64,000 nucleotides of DNA from Octopus sinensis. Its lineage: Eukaryota. The stretch spans positions 111,972,001-112,036,000 of the forward strand of contig NC_043000.1 of assembly GCF_006345805.1 (NCBI RefSeq), in the 5' to 3' direction. Of the stretch, positions 27,235 through 38,580 are shown in pieces. How positions within the stretch are numbered: position 1 is the stretch's first letter; each line of letters begins with the position of its first letter. The notes under the pieces were generated by a model. The model saw only the letters and a program-made list of their open reading frames with translations. It made no database searches and was not told the origin of the DNA. The position numbers and the translations under genes were made by a program.

Positions 27235-28436
27235 ACCAAATAATTGTCACGTATTATATTTACAGATATATATATATCGTAAGTAACAAGGTAATCCCTC
27301 GAAATTCCGAATGATGGTCTTCAGAACAGCAGTTCTTAGTGTATGCTCAGGTGACTAACAAGTCCAACCCTTGTGGCACAAAGCTTTAAATGTTCAGAGT
27401 ACATCAGCTGGGTTTGTTTTCTTCTCCTTCCCTTTTGGCTTCCTAAATTCCTCAAAAGGAATGTTCAAAGTGGTCCACAAGAATATCCATAGCAGTCTTG
27501 TGATTAAAAGCCACCCACATGCTGCCAAGAGGAACAGTTTTGAGTGTTGCCTTCAGAGATTCCTTTTGCTTTTTTCCCCTCCCTTGGTGGTTTTCAAGGA
27601 TTTACTTTCCTCTACAGCAAGACGCCTGTGTTTGTTCCTCTATCATATTTTTTACCAGTCATCACCCTGCCATAGAGCCACCTACGTCAATGCTAGTCCC
27701 CCACTCAGTTGAGGGTCTTGTCTTGTAGGTTACCAGGTAACCTCACTAGTGCTGGTACCAAGTAAAAAAGCACCCAGTACACTCTGTAAGGTGGTTGATA
27801 TTTGGAAGGGCATCCATCTTATGCCAAAGTAGGCATTGGATCTTGTTTGGGGAGTTCTCCTCTGCTTGAAGGACATGTCTTGCCCAACAAAGCTGGTTCT
27901 TGGGAATCATAGATTCAGTGTTGCTGTTTTTTTTTTTATTTCTTAAATGACATTAATGTTAGCTGTGTAATCCTCCTTGTTGATCTGAAGACAATGGCGG
28001 TGAAAGTATCTCCTTGGGGTCAGATGTCAACAGGAAATGATCCAGATTTCTGATCCACATCAGAGACTGGGGATGACAACTGCTTTATACATGACTGACT
28101 TCATACTGACTTAAATGTCTTGATTTTGAAAAAGTTGTTTGAAGGTGCCCGAAGGTGGTCCCTGCAAATTTCATATTTCACATTCAGCATTAAGGATTCA
28201 CTGCATAGCCAAAATTGTATGGGGGACAGTTGCTAAATGGGGTTAGGATCAACTATAAATGAGAAGGGAAGATAATCTAAAGAATTGAAAAGTCTCCAAA
28301 ATTGACATGCTCCTAAGGAAACAACAGTCTGGTTGCTTGGAGACAAAACGACACATGCACATGTGTGTGTGTGTGTTTAAGTGTGTACATAAAGATTGTT
28401 TTCTTTAATTAACTGACAGCTTGTAATTTTTTTCAG

Positions 28437-28545
28437 GATGTTGTAATGTTATTGCTGAGCCATGGCGCCAACATCTCCACTGTAAATACAGAAGGTCACA
28501 CCCCTAAGTCATTAGCTTCAGCTCAAGTAAAGCATTTATTAGAAG
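28437..28545 (+). CDS. OSBPL1A: OSBPL1A exon 4 (DVVMLLLSHGANISTVNTEGHTPKSLASAQVKHLLE)
   Basis: tttcag acceptor, gtaagt donor, 109 nt, phase 0 to 1. Confidence 0.93.
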
Positions 28546-29249
28546 GTAAGTATACATTTTTAATAATCAAAGTGTCTGAGAGACAGTCAACGAATGACGG
28601 AATGGGCGACATACTTAAAGGACATGAGTTCAAAACTCAATACTACTCTGAATCAGATAATTAATTATAATCAACATCAAAAATCAATTGAATTTGTAGT
28701 TGTGATCCCTGTGCCAGTGGCACATAAAAAGCACCATCCGAACGTGGCCAATGCCAGCGCTGCCTTGACTGGCTTCCATGCCAGTGACACGTAAAAAGCA
28801 CCAACCAATCGTGGCCATTGCCAGCCTTGCCTGGCACCTGTGCCGGTGGCATGTAAGAAGCACCCACTACACTCTCGGAGTGGTTGGCATTAGGAAGGGC
28901 ATCCAACTGTAGAAACACTGCCAGATCAGATTGGAGCCTGGTACAGCCTTCTGGCTTCCCAGACCCCGATTGAACCGTCCAACCTATGCTAGCATAGAAA
29001 ACAGACGTTAAACGATGATGATGATGATGATGATGATGGTTACTACAAATACCTGATCTTGCAATCTTTGCTCTTTAATGGCTGTTCTGCATTCTGGGTA
29101 AGATGTATTAATGACTTTGGTAAATAAGTTCCAGAAGAAAGATCTTTGTTGCAGTCAATACACAAAATCATATAAATAAACAGATTAAGGCAGTACGTGT
29201 TACTTCTGTAGCAGTTAGTTTTAAAGTAAATATGCACCATGTTGAAGTA

Positions 29250-29810
29250 GAAAAGCTTTCACTTCTCTGAGGCCCTTTGCTCCATATGGTACTTGGGCCA
29301 TCAACGACTTCTCTCCCCTGTTCTCAACATGTGGCTGTCTTCTCTGCTCTCCCCAGTTAGTCCCCGCCTTTTCAGCTCCACCTCGGTATTCCACTTCCAG
29401 CTATTTTTTGAGCATCCTTTCTACTGCCTCCCTTGTGAGGTTCAAATAAAAGGCCTGAAGTGTAATGCAGGATAGCTTTTGTTGTGCCACATCATACATT
29501 TCCCCAGCGAAAAGGCTGGTCTTCTTGGTTTAGAAATATCATTGATGCATCTGTAACTTTGCTTTTTTTTTCTAGGTAGAGATATTGGCCCTATGCCAAC
29601 CCAATTTTATCTCTGGGAAGAAGTGGTCCATATTAGTCTGGCCTCTGTCCTTTGACCTGTCCTGCATGAGTGACCCTACCAGGAGCTTGCCCACTTCTGC
29701 TGATATAACTCTCAGGTTCAAAGAGGCATGCAAACCACAACACCACATCACGGACTGGATCTTGTGATGATGAACTATGAAAAAGACAGTATATAATTGA
29801 TTGGTGGGTT
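29250..29810 (-). mobile_element. Internally deleted RTE derivative (5'UTR-like segment joined to ORF 3' end)
   Basis: ggtagggtcactcatgcaggacaggtc...gggttggcatagggc resembles an RTE 5'UTR and is followed by a decayed RTE C-terminus. Confidence 0.5.
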
Positions 29811-29849
29811 GTAAGCTGGTGGTGTTGAGTTTAGAGCCTCTCATGGGGA

Positions 29850-30200
29850 TCATCATCATCATCATCATCATTGTTATCATCATCATCTCTTAGCTGATTC
29901 AGCTAGTCGTTGGGGTGCCACTTTGGACACTTTCATAGTCAGCTGTTGCCACTGGTCTCTGTTCTCTGTCATGTGTAGCAGGTTCGCTGTATTGTGACCT
30001 GGTCCAGTCCCTGAGATGTTGTCAAAATAGGATTCTTCCTGTCTGCCTCTCTTTTGCACTCCCTCAACTGTGCTGTGAAGATTGGTTTTGGGCAGGAAGT
30101 TATGGTGAGATGCATGATTGTACCAGGCAAGCTTTTGTCTTTTTGTGCAAGGAGTGGTTCTTGTCTGCCAGCAGATTTGGGGTTACAGGAGACTAAATAT
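29850..30200 (-). mobile_element. Decayed RTE/BovB-like 3' end with (GAT)n tail
   Basis: Degenerate remnants of the RTE C-terminal motif series; microsatellite tail at 29850-29885. Confidence 0.45.
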
Positions 30201-31346
30201 TAACTGTCACTGGTTTTGTTATGATGTTGGTGGTGCTGTCATTAGAGCATCAGACAAAATGCTTTAACGTATTTCTTGTGGCTCTTTGTGTTCTGAGTTC
30301 AAATCCTGTCGAGGTTAGCTTTGCCTGTCATCATCAATATCATCATCACCATTTAACATCCGCCTTCCATGCTGGCATGGGTGGAATGGTTTCACAAGAG
30401 CTGGCCAGGTAGAAGCCTGCACCAGACTTCTGTGACTGTTTTGGTAGGATTTTTACAGCTGGATGCCTTTCCTGACACCAATCATCCAGCAGAGTGGACT
30501 GAGTGCTTTTTATGAGGCACAACACAGGCGAGATCCGTTTTGGCAAGGTTTTTTTTATCAGTAAAATAAAGTGATTCTCATGTACTGGTGTTGATGGTAT
30601 CAACTAATTAAGGTGGTGAGCTGGCAGAAACGTTAGCACGCCGGGCGAAATACGTAGCCGTATTTCGTCTGCCGTTACGTTCTGAGTTCAAATTCTACCG
30701 AGGTCGACTTTGCCTTTAATCCTTTTGGGGTCGATTAAATAAGTACCAGTTACACACTGGGGTCAATATAATCGACTTATTCTGTTTGTCTGTCCTTGTT
30801 TGTCCTCTCTGTGTTTAGCCCCTTGTGGATAGTAAAGAAATAGGTATCAACTAACCCTCTTCTTATGATTTCAGACCTTGAACCTATGCTGGTTTCGAAT
30901 TTTGGCACAAGGCCAGCAATTTCGGGGGAGTGGTTAAGTTAATTACATCGACCCCAGTGCTCAACTGGTTCTTATTTTATCAACCCTGAGAAGAGAAAAG
31001 ACAAAGTCAACCGCAATGGAATTTGAACTCAGAACATAAAGGCATGAAATGCTGCCAAGCACTACACCTGGTGTGCTAACAATTCTGCCAGCTCAGCACT
31101 TTAGACCTTCAATATATATATACATATATATAATCATCATCATCTTTTAATGTTCATTTTCCATGCTAGCATGGGTTGGACGGTTCGACCGGGGTCTGGG
31201 AAGCCAGGAGGCTGCATCAGGCTCCAGTCTGATCTGGCAGTGTTTCTACAGCTGGATGCCCTTCCTAACGCCAACCACTCCATGAGTGTAGTGGCTGCTT
31301 TTTACGTGCCACTGGCACAGGGGCCAGGGGAGGCTGGCAAACGGCC

Positions 31347-31394
<48 letters not shown>

Positions 31395-31646
31395 AATAGA
31401 AAGAAATAAAACAAAAACTAATGTCATTGGAATAGTCATTCAATCAACAGGCCAAATACCGCATTGTATTACTGGTACACATTTTATGACATCTTTGGTA
31501 ATGGAAAATTGAGCTGACCTTTGCAAGATTTAAACTTTTGAACTCTTTAGCTGATTGTCCCCTATTTTAATCTTCCTTTTACAATAACAATTTTGTTTGG
31601 AATCAATATTTTATTTTTGGTATATTTTTTTTTCTCTTTTCCGTAG

Positions 31647-31732
31647 CTTCAGAGAAAAGTGATTCTCGAAGACTCGTCAATGAATTCATGTCATCTTCAC
31701 TTCACGGTCAGATCGACGACATCAAAGGAATT
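31647..31732 (+). CDS. OSBPL1A: OSBPL1A exon 5 (ASEKSDSRRLVNEFMSSSLHGQIDDIKGI)
   Basis: Polypyrimidine tract plus cgtag acceptor, gtaagt donor, 86 nt, phase 1 to 0; fits the position of AVERTQQRKLEELLLAAAREG. Confidence 0.88.
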
Positions 31733-32989
31733 GTAAGTCACATAATGAAACTCATTCGTTAATTTATTCGTTCATTTCATCATCATTTTAACATTCACTT
31801 CTCTATGCTTGTAGGGGTCAAACGGAGTCTACTGAGACAGATTTTCTAGGGCCAGAATCCTCTCTTGTTGCCAATACTTACCTGTGTCCAAGTAGGGGTA
31901 ATATTTCCCCATTGGAAATGAAGGACACCACTTGTATTGCAGTGACACTCGTTTACAACTGTCATGTGATATCAAGCCAAGGAGGCATGCATGCATGCAT
32001 GCATACATGCGTGCACACACATGCACATGCATGCTGGGCTTCTTTCAGTTTTCATCTACCAGATTCACTCACAAGGTATTGGTTAGCCCAGGGCTATAGT
32101 AGAAGACACTTGCCCAAGGTACCATGCAGTGGGACAGAACCTGAAGACTTGCAGTTGAAAAATAAACATCCTAACCACACAGACACACCTGTACCTTATA
32201 ATCTCCATTGTTGAAAAGGCACCAATTTTGAAAAGCATGCTCCTTTATTAGCTACACAACTGGGTTGGACAGGGTCTTAAGGGCAGCATTTTATGGCTGG
32301 ATGCCCTTCTGGTCACCAACCGTTACTTGTTTTTGAAGCAAGGGTATTTTCACACACCCAACCCCGTACCAGTGGTACATAAAAAGCACCATTTGAGCAT
32401 GGTCGTTGCCAGTGTTGCCTGATTGGCTCCTGTGCCAGCAGCATGTAAAAACCACCATTCAAGTATGGGCATTTCCAGTGTCATCTGAGTGGCTCCCATG
32501 CTGGTGGCATGTAAAAAGCACCATTTGAAGATGGTCATTGCCAGTGTCACCTGACTGGCACGTAAAAAGCACCATTTGAGCATGGTTGTTGCCAGTGCCA
32601 CCTGACTGGCTCCCAAGCTGGTGGCACATAAAAAGCACCATTTGAGTGTGGTCGATGCTAGCACTGCCTGACTGGCCCTCATGCCAGTGGCACATAAAAA
32701 GCTACACTCTTTGAGTGGTTGGTATTAGGAAGGGCATCAAGCTGTTGAAACCATGCCAAAGCAGACTGGTGTGGCTCCTGGCCTTGTCAGCTATCAAACT
32801 GACCAACCCATGACAGCATGGAAAACGGATGTTAAATGATGATGATGATGATGATGGTAGTGATGATGATGATGATGATGATTATAATGATGATGCTGGT
32901 TATAATGATGATGATGATGCTGATACTGTTATAATTATTGTTGCTATTGTTTTCCACTGAGTGGTGGTTGTGGTGTTGGCAAGTGCGTT

Positions 32990-33345
32990 GGTGGTGCCTG
33001 GGAGGGTGATAGCGGTTGAAGCTATACGAGAAGCGTTGGTATTGCAAGGCCATGTAGGGGGACATGGAGTTATGTACAGGGTAGTGTTCATGTAAAGAGT
33101 TCAGGCCACTTGAGGTCAAGGGAGACTTTGAACCGAGCGGTCGTCGGCATCTTCACCATCTTGTCTGGCAGCTTGTTCCACGGATCCGCAACCCTGACGG
33201 AGAAAGCCTCTCTCCTTTGATTGAGATGAAATTGTCGCAGATAGAACTTTTCGGAGTGACCCCGCAGCTGACGTTCTGGAGCAGGAGTAAAGATCCAGCA
33301 TAGATGGCTGCTGCCCAGACCGATGCCTTGTCGGATATTCAACAT
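32990..33345 (-). mobile_element. Internally deleted CR1-like LINE
   Basis: YQHVEYPTRHRSGQQPSMLDL (endonuclease end) directly abuts LRGHSEK...RREAFSVRVADPWNKLP...FKVSLD (ORF2 C-terminus). Confidence 0.75.
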
Positions 33346-33674
33346 GTTGGTAATGAGTTGTTGTTGTTGGTGGTGGTGGTAATGGCAGCATGAGGTTTGT
33401 ATTAGCATTAAGTGATGGGTGGAGGGGGTAGTAGTGGTGTGAGTACTGTTGCTAGTGAGAGTAGTAACGGAGGTATTGGAGGTGGTGTTAGTAGCAAGGA
33501 TGGTACCGGTGAGAATGGGTGGGTTACCACCACCACCAAACTATTTATCATTGCGAATGTCACAAACATAATCATCACTATAACCACCACTATTATCACC
33601 ATCATTTTCCCTACCCTCAACTGTCACCATTGTAACCCCTTCTCCAACCCTAACCACCTGTCTTACTCCCCCAC

Positions 33675-33850
33675 TACCAACCCCAGCCCCCATTTTCACA
33701 CACCTTACCTCTAACCCCCATTTTCACACACCCTACCCCAACTCCATTTTCACACACCTTACCCCCAGCCCCCATTTTCACACACCCTGCTCCCAACCCC
33801 CATGTTCACACACCCTACCCCCAACCCTCATTTCACACACCCTAATCCCA
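33675..33850. repeat. C-rich minisatellite, about 27-bp unit, six copies
   Basis: Repeated cccc(a/c)-cattttcacacacc(t/c)tacc units just upstream of exon 6. Confidence 0.85.
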
Positions 33851-33966
33851 ATCCTGTCCTCAACATCCAATCCCAGTCACCCAGTTGACATTTGCCTTGA
33901 CCACCCTTGTCCCCGCCCGATTCCGCCAGATATTTACATCCCAAGAATCTGCTCCTGTTCTTTCAG

Positions 33967-34111
33967 TTGAACCAAAACAATGCTCCAGACATCAATTCTG
34001 TTGATAAGTTCGGTAACACAGCCCTGCACCTAGCTGCACTTCGCAATCACAAGCAAGTTGCCATCCTTCTTCTCCAGTATGGCATCGATACATCACTGAA
34101 GAACAACAATG
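33967..34111 (+). CDS. OSBPL1A: OSBPL1A exon 6, ankyrin repeat (LNQNNAPDINSVDKFGNTALHLAALRNHKQVAILLLQYGIDTSLKNNN)
   Basis: tttcag acceptor, gttcgt donor, 145 nt, phase 0 to 1. Confidence 0.95.
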
Positions 34112-34246
34112 GTTCGTACACACACACACACACAATCACTGTTTTCTTTGAGATTTACAACTTTTGTCCTGACAAATGAATTTGTCTTTGTTGTTATTTA
34201 CATTATTTACATTAGACGCACGTGTCCTCATCCTGTTTGCTGTTAC

Positions 34247-34288
34247 CACAACGTTTCGGCTGATTTACTCTCCAGCCTTCATCAGGTG
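34247..34288 (-). ncRNA. Minimal (Penelope-type) hammerhead motif
   Basis: Minus strand reads CAC CTGATGA A GGCTG-gagagtaaat-CAGCC GAAA CGT T GTG; palindromic AACGTT stem III, 3-bp stem I. Confidence 0.55.
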
Positions 34289-34329
34289 TCCTAGTAGAAT
34301 TTTGAACCCAACCATAGGTTCTCATTCCT

Positions 34330-34889
34330 AAGGTCTTTTTTGCTTATGTTATTATTATTATTATCATTCAGTAGTTTTATTTTTATAGCGTGCTTTCACT
34401 TCACTACCGAGCGCAGCTCTGTGTGCCTTGGGTATGTGCTGTGATTTGTTGTGATGCTCTGATGGTTATTGTATGGAAAGTGTTCTGCGTAGGATGTGTG
34501 CAGTGCCTAGTAGTGCAATTTTCTGTGTGTTATATGTGTTTGTAAGTCCTGGTGTTTTTGTTATGTATTTGTCTAAATATTTTTTTATCATGCCTAATGC
34601 ACCTACTATGATAGGAATTGTTTCTGTTTTTAGATTCCACATTCTGGTTACCTCTATTTCCAGGTCTTTGTATTTTGAAAGTTTCTCCATTTCTTTTAGA
34701 GACACATTGTCATCTGCTGGTATTGATACATCAATTAGAAAGCATTTTTTTCTTCATGATCTCTGACAACTATATCTGGTCTGTTGGCCTTAATTTCTCT
34801 ATCTGTGTGTATCGGCATATCCCAGAGTATGGTTGCTTTCTCATTTTCTGTGACCTTTTCTGGTTTGTGCCTATACCATCTTTTTTCTG

Positions 34890-34890
<1 letters not shown>
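34330..34890 (-). mobile_element. Dong/R4-like non-LTR retrotransposon 3' fragment (restriction-like endonuclease)
   Basis: ILWD..IHTDREIKANRPDIVV...KEMEKLSKYKDL..E...MW...IPIIVGALG; bounded by (TAA)n. Confidence 0.85.
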
Positions 34891-34923
<33 letters not shown>

Positions 34924-36507
34924 CATTGCCTTTGCACAACTTCTAACTCTGGAGATGTACTACAGTGTCAGCTGTTCCCTACCAGTGAACTAAAATAATA
35001 CCCCTTATTTTTCAAGCACTGTCTGGAGTATTCAAGCGGTTCCAAACAGTGCTGTTTTCTGCAAGTGCTCCACCCTTATTGCAGCCCCTATTTGTTCCAT
35101 GTGCTTCTCAAGATTGTTACTCTATTATTATTATTGTTATTTATTCAAGGCACTGCCTGGAATTGAACTCACAATCTTGGGGTTAGTAGCCCATGCTGTT
35201 AACCATTACCTGTAGGCAATTATAGAGTGAATTTTAGGGTTTATAAGCCTAATATTTTCCTATCCTTTCTTAATACCGGTTCCCATATTCTACACATATC
35301 TGCACCAGGTCTGCTTAGGAGGTTATTATGTCCTGGCATATGTGCTGCCTGTTTTTTTTTTTTTTTTTTATGAAGGCCAGAGAGTAAATCAGCCGAAATG
35401 TTGTGGTGATAACAAACAAGATGAGGACAAGTATCCGTCTAATGTAAATAATGTACAAAATTCCTAATCTCTTAAATATAGAACTGAATTGTCTTTATTG
35501 TTGTTGTTGTAAGTGCCTGATGTTATTTACCCTCAGTTCAGTCATGATCCAGCAGGTCTATGATCAAATGTTTTCCAACCATGACCATCCTGTGTTAGAT
35601 CTATGGAGGACTGTACAATCCAGTGTATCCATTGCTTATCTAAAACAGCAGGGTGTAATTTAAAGGAGATTTGGCTGCGGTTTCTTATAAATATGTGCTC
35701 CGTTGTCAATGCTGTTGCAAAGATGGATTACTAGAACCATCAAATACCTTGTGGTAGTTAGTGCTGCCTTTTATTTCCTGAGTTTGAATATTCTATTAAA
35801 GTCAATGAAATAAATATCAGTTAAGGCCTGAATGAATTTAATTAATTACTCACTCCTGTAAAATATCCATTATATAACATATTTCTACCCTGCTACTGTA
35901 TGGTACAACAATATCTTTCATGTAGGACAGTTTTATTATAAAAATATATCAGGTATAAAACTGACACCCTGTCAGTTATGACAATGAGGGTTCCAGTTGA
36001 TCCGATTGATGGAACAGCCTGCTCGTAAAATTAACGGGCAAGTGGCTGAGCACTCCACAGACACGTGTACAGGAAGATTCAGTATGACAAGGTTGACCTT
36101 TTGAATTACAGGTAAAACTCATTTTTGCCAGCTGAGTGGACTGGAGCAACGTGAAATAAAGTGTCTTGCTCAAGGACACAATGCACCACCAGGGATTGAT
36201 CTCATGACCCTACGATCGCGAGCTGGATGCCCTAACCACTAAGCCATGCACCTTCAATTAGGGCATAGCAATATTTATAATGTAACATACTCCTTTTCTG
36301 CTATGATATGGTGCAATAGTATCTGTGTTATAGCATAACTCTGCTGTCATATGGTATAATAAGGTCCATGATATACCATACACATTGCCACTCTGTTATC
36401 ATATGGCATTGCAATATCGATGATATAACACAATGTTATCCAAATATTTATTCTGTAACAAGACACCCCTCTCACAACAAAGCTTAACAAGAGATAAGGG
36501 TTCAATT

Positions 36508-36733
36508 CAACCCTTTAACATTTAAACTGGTTGTATCCAGCCCAAATATTCTACTTGTGTCATGTTGAAATCAGTCAGATTAGGCCTGTCACACCTACCC
36601 TACAATGTCATTCTAAAAATAAATAATCACATCAAAATTTCAAGGCTACAAGATAATGTAAGTAATGTGATTAAAGACAATATGAATGGAAAAACGTTGC
36701 ATTTGACAGAGTAATCTGGATGCTGAAGGGTTA
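36508..36733. mobile_element. piggyBac-like MITE, family H
   Basis: Ends aaccctttaacatt...atgctgaagggttaa; reverse-complement homologue at about 51660-51872. Confidence 0.6.
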
Positions 36734-37116
36734 ATATTTGGTAAGAATTAAATTGAAGTTACTTATTCTAGTTCCAACATGTTATATATTTCGATGCCCT
36801 TCCTAATGCCAACCGCTCCAAGAGTGTAGCACCCACTACACTCTCGGAGTGGTTGGCATTAGGAAGGGCATTCAGCTGTAGAAACTTTGCCAGATCAGAT
36901 TGGAGCCTGGTGCAGCCTTCTGGTTCGCCAGTCCTCAATCAAACAATCCAACTCATGCTGGCATGGAAAGCAGACATTAAATGAGGATGATGATGATATC
37001 ACATGTTAGATATTACTATCATCACATTTTCCCTGTTATTGTTATTACATGATACCTGTTATTATTATCCCATGTTACCTGGTGTCATTATCATGTTACC
37101 TGTCTTTACCTTCCAG

Positions 37117-37229
37117 GTCAGCGTGCTGTTGATTTAACCACTTCCCCCAACATGAAACACCTGTTAAATGTGCGACCAGTGCAGGACATTCCAGTACAGT
37201 CAGTCCGACAAGAAGGTCCTATTCTTAAG
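37117..37229 (+). CDS. OSBPL1A: OSBPL1A exon 7, end of ankyrin region and start of PH domain (GQRAVDLTTSPNMKHLL...EGPILK)
   Basis: ttccag acceptor, gtaaca donor, 113 nt, phase 1 to 0. Confidence 0.92.
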
Positions 37230-37427
37230 GTAACAATATCATATTAGATAATAATAATAATAATAATAATAATAATAGTCATAATGATAATAATGGTTTC
37301 AAATTTTTCCACAAGGTCAGCAGTTTGGGGGGAGGGGATGAGTCAATTACATCAACTGCAGTACATAACTGGTACTTATTTTATCAACCTTGAAAGGATG
37401 AAAGGCAAAGTCGACCCCCCACCCCCC

Positions 37428-38165
37428 AATGTGCAACCACATGTGTAGGCTATGTCATGTTTCTGTGGAAGACATTACGCATGTGATTAGCAGCTGTCCT
37501 ACGCATGTGATTAGCAGCTGTCCTACGCATGTGATTAGCAGCTGTCGAGACAGTACTACCTCCCTATGCGGCACAATGTTGTTGCTAAAACAGTTTACAA
37601 TGCGATCCACAAAAAAGACTGTCCTGAAATGAACTTAGAAAATCCCTCTGTTATGGAATACCTTTATAAACACCAACTCAAGGAATATTGGTGGAATATT
37701 CCCAGCAAAACTTCTGTCAAATGTAAACATAACAGACCGGATATTGTTGTTTGGGACAGAGGGGGCAAAGGTATGTGCCATCATAGAGGTCAGTTGCCCT
37801 GCAGATATAAATACCTTTTTGAAAATCAAAGGAAAAGAAGATATTTATGGACAATTGCTTCAAAACCTCCAGCTTCTATATTCAGACTATGAATTCATAT
37901 TCATACCAATAATAATTGGAGAACTAGATTTTGTTAGTAAATGCTTAATGGAGAATCTGGATAAACTGGGATTTTCACGAAGAGAAATCGACCGGCTGAT
38001 TCGTACAAGTCCAATCTCTGAGTGGAACAGTAAAAATATGCAAGACTTTTCTTAAGTTTGAAATGTGAATTTATCTGTGTTAACTACATCCTAAAGATGG
38101 AACCTTGTCTCTTTGCTGGAAACTGGCTCCCTCTTTAGTGGAAGATTTATAATAATTAAAAAAAT
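37428..38165 (+). mobile_element. RLE-clade (Dong/R4/NeSL-like) LINE fragment with CCHC knuckle
   Basis: CRLC...EDITHVISSC, RHN, HNRPDIVVWD, IIEVSCPAD, IPIIIGEL; frameshifted. Confidence 0.8.
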
Positions 38166-38506
38166 AAAAGAGACATACATGCATACATCCACCTAGATTT
38201 GAACCTAATTCAACAAATATGTTATTCCATACAGAAGAAATTAAACAGCTGACAACAGTTTAATGGAAGATTTGATTATATCCAGTTGTTGCTTCTGATA
38301 ATGTTGGTTTGATGGGTTAGTGACTGAATATAAATTTAAGCAGTCAGTCAAATTGTTTGGGTGTGAGTTCAAATTACTGTCACAGCTAACTGTAGTCTTT
38401 CTTTTTATAAATGATTTGCTTCACTGAAAAACTTTATGTTTAAACTGCACTTTTGAATCTTTACCAGGGCCTTCTCTTAAATAATTTTCCTTTTTTTTCT
38501 TCCCAG

Positions 38507-38580
38507 AAAACCAGATTTTTTGGTTTCAAATCCCTCTGGATGGTCTTAGAAAAGGGCATTGTTTCTTATTTCAGTAACAG
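38507..38580 (+). CDS. OSBPL1A: OSBPL1A exon 8, PH domain (KTRFFGFKSLWMVLEKGIVSYFSN)
   Basis: Long polypyrimidine tract, cccag acceptor, gtaagt donor, 74 nt, phase 0 to 2; RFFG..W.VLE.G..S as in the ORP1L PH domain. Confidence 0.94.

Larger units (their letters stand above)
27043..27268. repeat. Near-perfect palindrome, 109-bp arms, 8-nt loop (inverted duplication of a Penelope-like element end)
   Basis: Arms 27043-27151 and 27160-27268 are 104/109 complementary by manual alignment; the left copy continues about 60 nt further to a (TA)n run. Confidence 0.92.
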
